DNA of 64,000 bases from Neodothiora populina. Lineage: Eukaryota. The notes under the pieces are model-generated. The model was not told the origin of the DNA and made no database searches. It saw only the letters and a program-made list of their open reading frames with translations. Of the stretch, positions 49,935 through 61,680 are shown piece after piece. The number at the start of each line of letters is the position of its first letter. Positions within the stretch are counted from its first letter, which is position 1. Where the stretch lies: positions 1,736,001-1,800,000 of the forward strand of contig NW_027191411.1 of the NCBI RefSeq assembly GCF_041146345.1, in the 5' to 3' direction. The position numbers and the translations under genes are program-made.

Positions 49935-50451
49935 ATGGCCACCCAAAGAAACGTGACCAAGGAACAGACGTCTCTGAACCAGCAAGATGAACTCCCCAGC
50001 AAGCTGGGTAAATCCAACATCACCCCAGCTGTGCCAAAGTAAGTTTGCTCTTGCATCTCAAGACCTTCCCTACAAGAAGAACATGTCTTGTCTGATTCTA
50101 CCACTCCCCGTTCATGTGATTCACCAAGTGCTGATAACACCAACAGGGAAGTCATAATCAAGCTCTTGCTCTTCACATTCGCAATGATAGTCTGTCCCAT
50201 CGGCTCTTATTTTCTCACCGTGAACAATCTATACTCTGGTAAGCCCACCCTTCCTCTTCTCTCTCTATTTCCCTCTCCTTCTTCTTCGCCTCTCCCCACC
50301 TGACACCCCCTCCTCAGGCAACTCGACCTACGCCGGCGCGACAGCCGCCGCAGTGGCAAACGTCGTCTTGATAGGATATGTAGTCGTAGCTTTCTGGGAG
50401 GACCAGGCGGATCGAGTCGAGGCTGAGAAAGAGGCCAAGAAATCGAGATGA
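49935..50451 (+). CDS. VMA21: V-ATPase assembly factor Vma21
   Basis: Exons 49935-50038, 50147-50238, 50318-50451. SNITPAVPKEVIIKLLLFTFAMIVCPIGSYF..GNSTYAGATAAAVANVVLIGYVVVAFWED; C-terminal KKSR ER-retrieval (KKxx) motif. Confidence 0.93.
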
Positions 50452-50506
50452 CGGACTCAAAGGAATCTTGTTGCCACTCTTTGGGTTTTCTAGCATCTTG
50501 CTTGTT

Positions 50507-50530
50507 GTAGGTAGGTAGGTAGGTAGGTAG
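50507..50530. repeat. (GTAG)6 microsatellite
   Basis: Six perfect GTAG units downstream of VMA21. Confidence 0.92.
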
Positions 50531-51137
50531 ATATCTTGTGGACTTTTGTATACGGACTACGATATAGGATCTTTGTGGTCGAGTGGTCGATTGTATGTGA
50601 CTCGGACCTTACTCGCTGTGGAGAGGTCGGAGATGTTGATCCAGAAGGAGATCAACTCTACGGACTCAGCTCTTCACGACGCCACAACAATCTCAAGCAC
50701 ATTATGATTCCCGGACTTGACTATAGCAGGAGAGAAGAGAGCAGAAAAAGAGGATTACGATTGTGATTGCCTTTACTTGGAAATGCCACGCAATTGTTAT
50801 CAATACCTCCTCCGCCGCCGCCAACGACTATTCAATCTGGCCTGAAACAAAGGGAAATCCGGCACCTGTACGATCAATAGTCTTTGCCCTTCCTCTCTCT
50901 CTCTCTTCTCTCGTCTACACTCCGAGTGACAGGAGAAAGGGAAACAGGTATCGCCATATTACAAAATCTTCTTCTTCTCGAAAGTCTTTCTTCCTGTTCT
51001 GATCCTGCGGCTATTGGCAAGAAAATCAGAAGATCCAAAAGAAGAAAACTCGGACTGGTACGAGAGAAAAAGAGTAAAAGGGCCCGGTTCAAAGGTGATG
51101 AAATGGAAATATGAGATAGAAAAGAAAACGCCCCGTC

Positions 51138-51154
51138 TGTGTGTGTGTGTGTGT
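51138..51154. repeat. (TG)n microsatellite
   Basis: tgtgtgtgtgtgtgtgt. Confidence 0.9.
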
Positions 51155-51521
51155 ATGTGATGTTCGCTCCTCCCAATGACGATATGTCGGTTTGGCCTCC
51201 GCAGAAATCTCAGGTGCCATTACTGCGCACTTTGCTTCTTATTCACTTTTTCATGGCCAAAAGTTTCGACACTCTCGTCCTTGCTCTTGCTCTTGCTCGG
51301 ACGCGAAGTGGTCGTTTTTTTGTTCTCGTCGCATGTTGTCGACGCAAACTCCAGATAACGCCCCGAGATGCAATTATTGATCAGTAATCCCTTCCCCTTC
51401 GCCAATCCGTCAACATATGCCATGAATCATTAAAAGTATTGTACCATATGGAAATGGAATCGGTTCCGTCGACCACAGTAGTCGGTCGGCACGGCCTCCT
51501 TGACGAATGTAAAGTCTCCGT

Positions 51522-52963
51522 TTAGCTGCTCTTGCTGAAACGCTTCTTGAAGAAACCCTTCTTCTCCTTCTTTTCTTCCTTTTCGGGTGCTTTGCGGGCC
51601 ATGGATGGAAGGCTGCCTCCCTGGGAAGAAATGGGCGCCTCTCCTCCAAGCTTGATTGGCGCACGCACGGCTGGCGCTTGTGAGTGCATGGGAGCCGGTG
51701 GGGGTCCTCCGTTTCGGGGGTGGTGGCTCATGCCGTATCCGTCGGATCCACTGTCGTACTCCTCCATGATAGGAGCGCCATTGGCGAAACCATCGTTGTA
51801 GGCGAAGCCATCGGGTGAGTTGCCCTTCATGCCAGCAGCTGCGGCTGCTGCTGCATGAGCGCGGTCGATCGAGCTGTTCTCACTGCTGGGATCGGTCGAG
51901 TAGTTCCACTGTCCCGTGCTGTCGCTGGCCACACCAGCCTCGTACGCATCGTGGCCGTTGTATCCATGGGGAGGAGATGCAGGTCCGTAGCTGCTCTGAG
52001 ATCTAGTCATGGTGCCCATGCGCTGGTTGTATCGGTTACGGCTTGGAGGAGCTATCGGGCTGGTGCCATCGTCCTGGAAGCCATCGGGGCGTCGTTGCTG
52101 TCCGTAGTAGCCACCGTTGTATTGGCTGACACTGGGTGCTGCGGATTGGTAGCGTTGATCGTGTCCTGTACGATTGCCATTAGTAAGTTGTCGCATGCCT
52201 CCGTTATTCAGGTGAGCTCGCGTACCGCCAATGTAGCTGCTTCTACGGCTGGCGTACTGCTCTCTGGGGTCGTAGCTCTCTGTTGGTTGGGTCATCAGCA
52301 CGGCGTCCACATGAAATTCACGTCATCCAGGTCGTGAACATACCGCTGCGACTCAAAGAGCGACGCTTGTATCCAGCCTCGATGTTCTTGTCAAATGAAC
52401 GGATGGTATCGAGAGGACGCTCCCATCTTGAGCGTGTTGGGTTAGAAAGATCGGGATCGGCTGGAGGCGGCAATGTCAGCATATTGGCATAGTGGTTTTT
52501 CCACCCGGAACAAAAGCTTACCGATGATGTTACCGTCACGATCCTTGTGTTGAACCTTGCGGAGAGACTCTATGGTTGCCTTCTCTAATACAGCAGCGTC
52601 TGGAATGATGACACCGTCAGTCTTGGGCTGATGCTTGATTTCTCCGGCCTTCAATGATTTCGAGGATTCCCTCTTGAATGACAACTTGGGACGCGCCATT
52701 AAGACGTATATTTTATTTTATGAAAGAACGTGAAAAAGTGGATGTTGGGAGAGAAACAAACCTCCGGGCTGGACTTCATTCATAGCAGCATTGGGGTTCG
52801 CCTTAGACCCGCCTTTCCAAAAGCTATCACGGCGCTTCTTGTCCGCGGGTGACTCGCTCGGACCTGTAGCCTTTGGCTTAGAGCCATTGCTCTTATCGCT
52901 CTTATGACTCCATGCAGAGACGCGCGAGGTCGTCCTTGGTCTGTTGGGAGTTGTGGGGTCCAT
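51522..52963 (-). CDS. DUF2406-family fungal protein (YMR295C-like)
   Basis: Introns 52761-52600, 52521-52461, 52343-52280. Spliced KANPNAAMNEVQPGDAAVLEKATIESLRKVQHKDRDGNIIADPDLSNPTRSRWERPLDTIRSF; later STDPSSENSSIDR and basic tail KKGFFKKRFSKSS. Confidence 0.85.
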
Positions 52964-55900
52964 GCTGAAGGGCTAGGTTGTCCGGGAGTTGCGCCGGGAT
53001 TAATTAGTGGCTGTGTAGCGGATTGATGCGACAATTAATAGAATTAATGGTATGCGCAGCAGCAGCGAACGAGTGAGTGCTGAGGGGAGAGGATCGAGGT
53101 GAAGAGGTACACGAAAGACGTTTCTCGACGGAGTAAGATGTCTAAATCACAGAAAAATGCGCGAGTGAGACGATATGCCTTTTAGAATCGTGTGGATGAG
53201 CTGTACCTTAGGGTAGAGTAGGGTAGGGTGACGACGCAAGTCTACGAGTGCCACAATCGTTTTCGGCTACTAGCGTCTTTTTGGTTGGATTGATGGCGTG
53301 TCCGGGTGCGGGACAACCTGCCGATCATGCACGATCAAAGAACTAAAAACTCGTTCTGCTTCTTAACATAGGATTGCGGTGATGCAGCGTGCTGATAACG
53401 ACTTTCTCAGCCTGCTTTTGGGGACATGTACTGTACATGTGTGATATGAGAACGATGGGGATTTGATTATCTGTCGTAGATTCTTCTGTCTGACACCACC
53501 CCGATAAAGCAAACTACACATTTTGCAACACACAAATGGCTGATCAGAGCCTGCCTGCAAACAAAGCACGGTAGACGAATGGAGGAGTGGATGAGCAACG
53601 GGCCAAGTCTTTTTGTGCTGGTGCGCTCCACGTATTCTGTCCCAGTGTGGTAATTCTTCCAAGGAAGCAAGGCTTCGCCTTCCTGCGGGGATCTTTGCTG
53701 AGCACTTTCCAGGCTCCGCCCCGTCCAATTGAATCGAGGATCGGACGGTGGAAGCAGCGCAAGCCTGTGAAGTCACCACTACTGTACTTTACTTTCGGTC
53801 GTGGCCGCACGGTCGCATAGCCAACCACTGCTTTATGATACAAGTACATTCTTCACACACTGTTGAAACCTGCAAACTCATCGATCTAAATCCTCTGTTC
53901 ATCTTCATGCCTCTGACGAACTGTCCGTAAATCTTTGCCTGGCAAGTGCGGGTTTAAACAGGCATTTCTCGTTACATGTCTCAACTGACGTCGATACCTA
54001 CCCGTCCGTAATGCTTCGGGTCGTGGCTTTTGACTTTTTCCAGTGATGGGATCATTCTCTGGGCATTTGTGGTCCGCTCGGTCCCACCGTCACGTCTGAT
54101 TTGTTCAGATGCCTGCAGCTTGCCGCGTCCTCGCTCGAACTTCGATAGAGGGTGGCTTGCTTTTACCTTGGGGTCGGAAACTGTATGTACCAGAACTGAA
54201 ACATTGGCCCTAAGCAACTGTAAGAGAAAAATGTCGGATCTATTCGCGGAGCGACCTCCCCGCGACTTGGGAGCTTCTGGTTTTGCTGTAGCATGGGTCA
54301 TCCCATCGAAGGCTGCTTTGTTTCCAGCATCGAGGATAGCAGCGCTTCAAGCGCCTCGCAACCTTGTTGTGGTCTGCTGACTTCTTACGACCATTCTATT
54401 CTCATCTCCGCCCTGAAGGAGTGTACCTCCGTCCATTCCGATCTTCAAACGCCCAAAACGCTTTCTTTGACCGTTGGACAGAACCACTCGGATAATCCGG
54501 ATGCCAAAAATCCGACTTGGTACAAGTCAAGGCTAATTAAGTACTGCAGTGTAGAGTTACCACAACCGGACTCTTCTCGAAAAGTACGTTCGTGGTAGCC
54601 CTGAGGCAAAGTGGAAGAAAAATCTCGTACGAGACCTTGGTTCCTATCTGGAGGCTAATCTCGCGTGGCACGGGGTTCGCGAACAATCTGTGTAGCCTCG
54701 GCGACCTTGAATGTGCTGTATTGAGGCCACAGCTTCACTGCATGCAAATCACTTATCTAGCAGTGTTCATCACGCTGCTACCGACTTTCACTGCTTTTAC
54801 AATTAACATGATCATGCTCGACGAGAATGAAGTGCATCTGACATAAGCATGGTCCAGGCCGGCCTTTTGCAGAATGCCGCAGCACACTTCACAATATTGC
54901 CGCTGTAATACTGACTATTGGAGAACCTGGGTCACCATTAGTCTCTAACTTACATCGTCCTTCGGTCCAGCGTCCAAGCTTTGTCCTCTAGGTACTTGCG
55001 CGATTACCCTCAAAGGCCACAAGTACATTGCCAGAATTGTAGAATTAACCGAGGCTTACAAAAGAGCGTACCGTAGCACAAGACGCTAATGAAGAGGCTT
55101 ACTACAGCACCCACAGGTTGCTATACCATGTCAACTTGTGTACAGACACTTACTAAATATCAAAGCAAGCGCAAGCGATAGGGGCAGCGGAATTACACCA
55201 TTTTCAGACAGAGGCTAGAACTCCTAGACAGCGTCGGATGGTAACCGATTCGATTGTTCGGAGGTTCGTGTCCGAATCTCTGCTGCTTACCCTTGCTCTT
55301 TTCATTGCAAATAGAGGTCGCTCCTCACGGTCACGGCCTTCTGCGAGGTCACTCAGGTTCTCAGCTTCTCATAGGAGGCGTATAGCAACAGCACAGAACC
55401 TGTAAGAGAATTCAGACACGCATCCATGAGCTGGCAACAAGGCTTGTCATGGTAAACGTAGCCACCTCCATCTTCGGTAAGCCTACAAAGCATGCAGACC
55501 AGATGCTGGTGACAACGAGCAAATAATGACATGGAATCACGCAATGGCCTTACTGAATGCATGTGCTGCGTTATCGCTCAAACAACTAGAGCCATTCTGA
55601 TTGTGAGCGACGTTCCACTGGCAATGTTGAATATGTATCTGCGATCGATTCGGTGCATGGAAAGTACGAAGCCGACACGTTCGCGTCCATTAAAGCCGCG
55701 TATTGCATGCTCGAAAGAGGTCACTACTGCGCAAACACCATAGCTGGAGTGGACGCGGGTCTGAGCAGGGTATCACTTCACTCTTCTAAAGGGTAAGAAA
55801 ACGACTGCTTCCAATATGGCCCTCTGACAAGGTCGAAGAAGAAGAGTCCTCGGATTCACCTCTTTGAAAAGTTGGCAGTCATGAAGCGCGTTGGCTGTCT

Positions 55901-56240
55901 CCACAGATACGAGAGGCACAAGCAGCGTCTACCATGGTTTAGATTTAGTGTTTTACTCAGAGTGTTCAATGCGCATCCAGGACTGAGCTACAAGCCGTAT
56001 GGGTTCAGGTATACAACGTGATACAAGTCACTTCTCAACGATAAGCTTGGTGCACGAAGCTCAGCAAGCCAACGGACAGCGAGGCTGTCCGGCCGTAAAC
56101 GATACCTGATTAAAGCTACCACGACGCCATACTTGTTGCAAGCCTTACCCTCAGTTGACACGATGACACATTAAGAACAAACCCCCCGAATTAAAGCAAT
56201 CACTGCTTGATTTCCTCACCGATTCAGTCATCATTGCTGT

Positions 56241-56555
56241 AAGGCCACGTTTCCTTTTCAGATACGAAAGTGTTGTATGCACAAGCAAGGCATGCGACAG
56301 TGTTTCCATCGTCTTCCATGGCTGAACAGCAATAGCGGAGATGTGTGAGTGAAGATAACAAGACACAGTCGCACACGAATCTTGGCAGGGCGGGCTCGCA
56401 TCTCCATGTGTCAGATATCTATGAGGTTCAGTGTAAATGCCATTGTATTGCACAGTAAAGAGGGTACAGTCCGCAGGTGAAGGGGAAAACAGGCCCCATG
56501 CTCCATCTACGCTATACCCAATCGGGCGGGAGCTACACGCTTGACAAGTGGCCTT
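56241..56555. promoter_or_regulatory. Two UPRE-like (Hac1/Xbp1-type) elements upstream of calnexin
   Basis: ACGTGGCCTT on the minus strand at 56241-56250 and ACAAGTGGCCTT on the plus strand at 56544-56555; resemblance to ACGTGKC-core UPR elements judged by eye. Confidence 0.35.
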
Positions 56556-56663
56556 AATGTGTACATAAATGTCCATGGTCTTCGTCTTCCCTTGGAACGT
56601 TCCTCCTACTCCACATTCGTCATTCTCTGATCTTCGAGGGCAATTGAATCATCTTTGCCAAAT

Positions 56664-58571
56664 ATGCGTGTCAACGCCCTTCTAGCTTTGGGCCTCTGTG
56701 CCGCAGTCTCCAGGGCTGATGTCTTGGAAGACCTCGAGGACACTGCCACCGAGGCATCTTCCTCTGTCGCCTCCGCTGTCGAGTCTGTGACTTCGTCAGC
56801 TGTTTCCAAGCCTACTTTCACTGTGAGTAACTGACAGCGATCGCTAAAAACTACGCGGCGACGTTGAGCCTCGGCTGACTTGCGCGACCAGCCCACCACG
56901 CTCAAGGCGCCTTTCCTCGAGCAATTCACCGAGGACTGGGACTCAAGATGGCAGGCATCCCACGCTAAGAAGGAGGGAACTGAGGAGGAGTGGGCCTACG
57001 TCGGCACCTGGTCCGTCGAGGAGCCTTCAGTCCTCCGTGGCATCGAGGGCGACAAGGGTCTCGTCCTCAAGGACAAGGCTGCTCATCACGCCATCTCGGC
57101 CAAGTTTCCCAAGGCGATCAACAACAAGGACAACACCCTCGTTGTTCAGTACGAGGCCAAGTTCCAAGGTGAGTTGCGAACACGAAGACAAATCCAGGGA
57201 CCATAACTAACACCGAGCAGCTGGCTTGGAATGTGGTGGTGCCTACATGAAGCTCCTCCAGGACAACAAGGCTCTCCACGCCGAGGAGTTCTCCAACGCA
57301 TCTCCTTACATCATCATGTTCGGTCCCGACAAGTGCGGCTCCACCAACAAGGTCCACTTCATCTTCCGCCACAAGAACCCCAAGACTGGCGAGTACGAGG
57401 AGAAGCACCTCAAGACTCCTCCCATGGCCCGTGTCTCCAAGCAGACCTCTCTCTACACCCTCATTGTCAACCCCGACCAGACGTTCGAGATCAAGATCGA
57501 CGGCGACTCTGTCAAGAAGGGTTCCCTTCTCGAAGACTTCACTCCCTCCGTCAACCCCGAGAAGGAGATTGACGATGCCAAGGACAAGAAGCCCGAGGAC
57601 TGGGTCGAGGAGGCCAAGATCCCTGACCCCAAGGCTACCAAGCCTGAGGACTGGGACGAGGACGCACCTTTCGAGATTGTCGACGAGGAAGCTACCAAGC
57701 CCGGAGACTGGCTCGAGAACGAGCCTAGCCGTGTTCCCGATCCCGAGGCTGAGAAGCCCGAGGACTGGGATGACGAGGAGGATGGTGACTGGATTCCCCC
57801 TATGGTTCCTAACCCCAAGTGTGAGGAGGTGTCTGGCTGTGGCCCTTGGGAGCCCCCAATGATCCGCAACCCCGAGTACAAGGGCAAGTGGACCGCTCCT
57901 CTGATCGACAACCCTGCCTACAAGGGGACCTGGGCTCCTCGCAAGATCGCCAACCCTGACTACTTTGAGGACAAGACTCCCGCCAACTTTGAGCCCATCG
58001 GCGCTGTAAGTCTTCACATTTCAGACCCTGACATACACAAGCTAATACTGTACAGATTGGATTCGAGCTCTGGACTATGCAGAACGACATCCTCTTCGAC
58101 AACATCTACATCGGTCACTCGGTCGAGGATGCGCTTGCCCTCCAGAAGGAGACCTTTGACATCAAGAACCAGGTTGAGAAGGCCGAGGAGGAGGCGACCA
58201 AGCCCAAGAAGGACGAGACCAAGGAGCCCCCCAAGTCCCCCATGGACCTCAAGTTCATGGACGACCCCGTGTTCTACGTCAAGGAGAAGTTCGACCTCTT
58301 CATCGCCATCGCCCAGCGTGACCCCGTGCAGGCAATCAAGTTTGTGCCCGAGGTCGCTGGTGGACTCGCCGTTCTCGCCATCACCGTGCTCGCCCTCATC
58401 GCTGGCGCTATCGGAGGTGGTGCCAAAGCCGCACCCAGCAAGGAGGAGATCAAGGCCAAGGCCGAGGCGGCCAAGGGCAAGGCTGCTGAGGTGGCCGAGG
58501 GTGTCACTTCGTCGGCCCAGGCTGTTCAGGCTGAGGTCAAGCAGAGAACCACTCGTTCATCTGCCGAGTAA
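56664..58571 (+). CDS. CNE1: Calnexin
   Basis: Introns 56823-56891, 57169-57220, 58006-58055. Signal peptide [47 protein letters not shown]-domain KPEDWDE repeats and [15 protein letters not shown] repeats, IGFELWTMQ, single TM segment and basic tail. Confidence 0.97.
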
Positions 58572-59338
58572 ACTCGGACTCTGCTACGTGCTTCACGATG
58601 TGTGTTTTTCCCGAAAGGCAAAAGAAGAAAATTAGCTGGGTGCTTTTACTGGTGTGATTGTTGAGTGGCAGGCCATTATATTCCTACAGGCTGGCGTTGT
58701 GTGCAGGGGTGACCTCTTAGTACTTGTCATAGTAGAACAGCGATTGCATTCCCCACAGCTTTCCCCGAATCCATGACGGTGTGAAAAGTTATGTAATCGT
58801 GTGTTTTTCGATAACGATGTTTCTGTGGAATGGGCCTTTATGCACAGGAGGGGGACTGCTTCGCTCATGCTACCTACATATTACAGGTACAATCGTCTGG
58901 TCATGTTGTTTGGTGATGTCGCTCGGAGATGGCGTGTATAGTGAACGCGTGACGATAAGCCGGCGGCGATTAATTACTGTACGTGCTCCCCGGGCCGGGC
59001 AGCAAAGACAGGCTAAGGCACTTACAGTAACTTTTACCCTATCAATGCTGTTCAAAGGTGTACTAACACCGAGTCTTGTAATGGACCTCGGCCTCTACCC
59101 CACATGAATAGATGGGGTTGTGGGTTGATAGGCAGAGCGGAACTGGAAGGCCAAAAGTATTGCATTTTGTTTCTCTGTAGAAAGTCCGCCTTTTTATTGA
59201 CCTCTACGGCTTGATTGTCTTTGTTAAGCACTAAGACAGGTTTTTACAAGAAAGTCGTACGCACATTAGTCGTCGGTCATTGACAGCGTTGCAGCTTCAA
59301 GAAGTACACACTACCTTAGCTTTACCAAGGTAAACACA

Positions 59339-61191
59339 ATGGCCGCCTGTCGTGCAGTCAGTCGTAGAAGCATTCAGAGTCTCAGTCTCCGATCATCTAT
59401 TCTGAGGCCTGCTGTTCTGTCTTCTAGACTGCCTCAAGCAACACTCGGCGGCAAGGCCGGTATACGAAGACTACATGCCACACCTACCTCGTTGAAGCCT
59501 GCCACGTCACTGGCAACGAGTACCGCCACAGAGTATCCCACCACCCACGAGCAGATTCAGCAGCCTGTCGATACTCAGAACTTCCTCGACAACCAGTTCG
59601 TCGGCTCCAAGGCCACGCAATGGATCGATCTACATGATCCGGCGACCAATAACCTCGTCACCCGAGTTCCGCAATCCACCGATGAAGAGCTCAAGGCCGC
59701 GGTCAAGTCTGCGGAGAAAGCCTTTCCGGCATGGAGCAGGACCAGCTTACTGCACAGACAACAGATCATGTTCAAGTTTGTTGCTCTGATCCGGGAGAAC
59801 TGGGACAGACTTGCCGCTTCTATCACCCTCGAGCAGGGCAAGACTTTCGCAGATGCCCGAGGTGATGTTCTTCGTGGTCTGCAGGTCGCCGAGACTGCTT
59901 GTGGCATTACCACACAGCTCACTGGCGAGGTACTCGAGGTAAGCAAGGACATGGAGACGAGGAGTTACAAGGAGCCTCTTGGTGTCACTGCCGCCATCTG
60001 TCCCTTCAATTTTCCCGCTATGATCCCCCTTTGGAGCATCCCTATTGCAACAGTCACTGGCAACACAATCATCGTCAAACCTTCCGAGAGGGATCCTGGT
60101 GCAATGATGATCCTTGCCGAGTTATGCGAAAAGGCTGGCTTCCCTCCAGGTGTGGTCAATGTCGTCCACGGCGCAGCCAAGACTGTCGATTTCATTCTCG
60201 ATGAACCCGCCATCAAGGCCATCAGCTTCGTCGGCAGCAACAAGGCCGGCGAGTACATCTACTCTCGCGCCAGCGCCAACGGCAAGCGTGTCCAAGCCAA
60301 CTTGGGCGCCAAGAACCACGCTGCTGTCCTGCCTGACTGTAGCAAGGACCAGGCATTGAATGCCATTGCAGGTGCTGCTTTTGGTGCAGCCGGTCAGCGA
60401 TGCATGGCTCTCAGCACTGTCGTATTCGTTGGCGAAACCAAAGAGTGGGTCGCCGAGGTTGCAGAGCGCGCAAAGGCTCTGAACACAAACGGTGGATTTG
60501 AGCCGGGATGTGATTTGGGTCCTGTCATCACTCCTCAATCCAAGGCTAGAATCGAGGAATTGATCGCGAGTGCAGAGGAGGAGGGCGCGACCATCCTCCT
60601 CGATGGAAGAGGGTTCAAGCCCGAGAAGTACCCCGACGGCAACTTTGTAAGTCACTGCCTTGATCAAGTCCAATACTTGGGTGTGACTAACGCGACCAAA
60701 ACCTCCAGGTCGGACCAACCCTCATAACAGACGTCAAACCCAACATGAAGTGCTACACGGAAGAAATCTTCGGCCCAGTCCTTGTTTGCTTGAACGTCGA
60801 AACCCTCGAAGACGCAATCGATCTGATCAACGCAAACGAATACGGCAACGGAGCCGCCATTTTCACAAACTCGGGGTCGACGGCCACTACCTTTCAGAAG
60901 AACATTGAGGCCGGACAAGTCGGCATCAACGTGCCTATCCCCGTAAGCCTATTTCTCTCCTCCTTTTCTACTCTATTCCTGCACAGCCGCTAACCAGAGG
61001 ACAAGGTCCCACTCCCCATGTTCTCCTTCACAGGAAACAAGAAGAGCATCGCAGGCGGCGGCGCGAATACCTTCTACGGCAAGCCTGGCATCCAGTTCTA
61101 CACGCAGACCAAGACGGTCACTTCGCACTGGAGGAGCGAGAACGCCGTCGCTACCAAGAAGGCTGATGTCGATATGCCTACGCATTCATAG
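59339..61191 (+). CDS. Methylmalonate-semialdehyde dehydrogenase (ALDH6 family), with mitochondrial presequence
   Basis: Introns 60647-60708 and 60943-61005. Arg/Ser-rich presequence, ICPFNFPAMIPLW, KPSERDP, ISFVGS, RVQANLGAKNH, AAFGAAGQRCMA (catalytic Cys), EEIFGPV, GINVPIPVPLPMFSFTG. Confidence 0.95.
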
Positions 61192-61513
61192 TTTTTATCT
61201 TAGCTTCTGGTCAGTTCCTGAGAAAGGGACAGACGAGGATGAAAACAAAATTGATCGTGGGGTTGATTGTGGGTTTTCAAACTTCTGTTGTTGAGTTGTT
61301 CTTGTACACGTGTGTATTATGGTGTGTATGGTGAGCGGCAGATGATTCAAGAACGAGGAACCGAGAAAGAACGACAGGGGAAAGGAATTTGATCGTGAAC
61401 TGGGAAAAAGAAGATCGATGCTCGTTTCAGTGTCCACGGTTGTCCGTAATGTGCTCGTTCCTCTGGCCCTTTCTCCCCTTCTCATCTCCCATTGCCTGAT
61501 CAGATAACGAACA

Positions 61514-61543
61514 TTTCATGTGCAGACGTTTCATGTGCAGACG
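61514..61543. repeat. Perfect 15-bp tandem duplication TTTCATGTGCAGACG x2
   Basis: Copies at 61514-61528 and 61529-61543, between the convergent MMSDH and AMS1 3' ends. Confidence 0.92.
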
Positions 61544-61680
61544 TAAGTATGATATCAGTCTCGAGATATGAAGGAATGATAGCAGTAGATGATAAAATAG
61601 ATTTCTACGAATCCCACAATCCGTACATCTGCACAACAACAACGGCGCAAAAACCAAAACAAGAAAAGAGAAGTCAAGGA

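Noticed and set aside
53000..56600. Transposon or additional intact gene in the 3.7-kb gap
   Set aside because: No transposase/RT motifs, LTRs or TIRs; the short ORFs lack codon bias and recognisable motifs (only the weak 54742 candidate was kept).
57118..58017. 299-aa antisense ORF opposite calnexin
   Set aside because: Same codon-bias shadow; fully nested in a well-supported gene.
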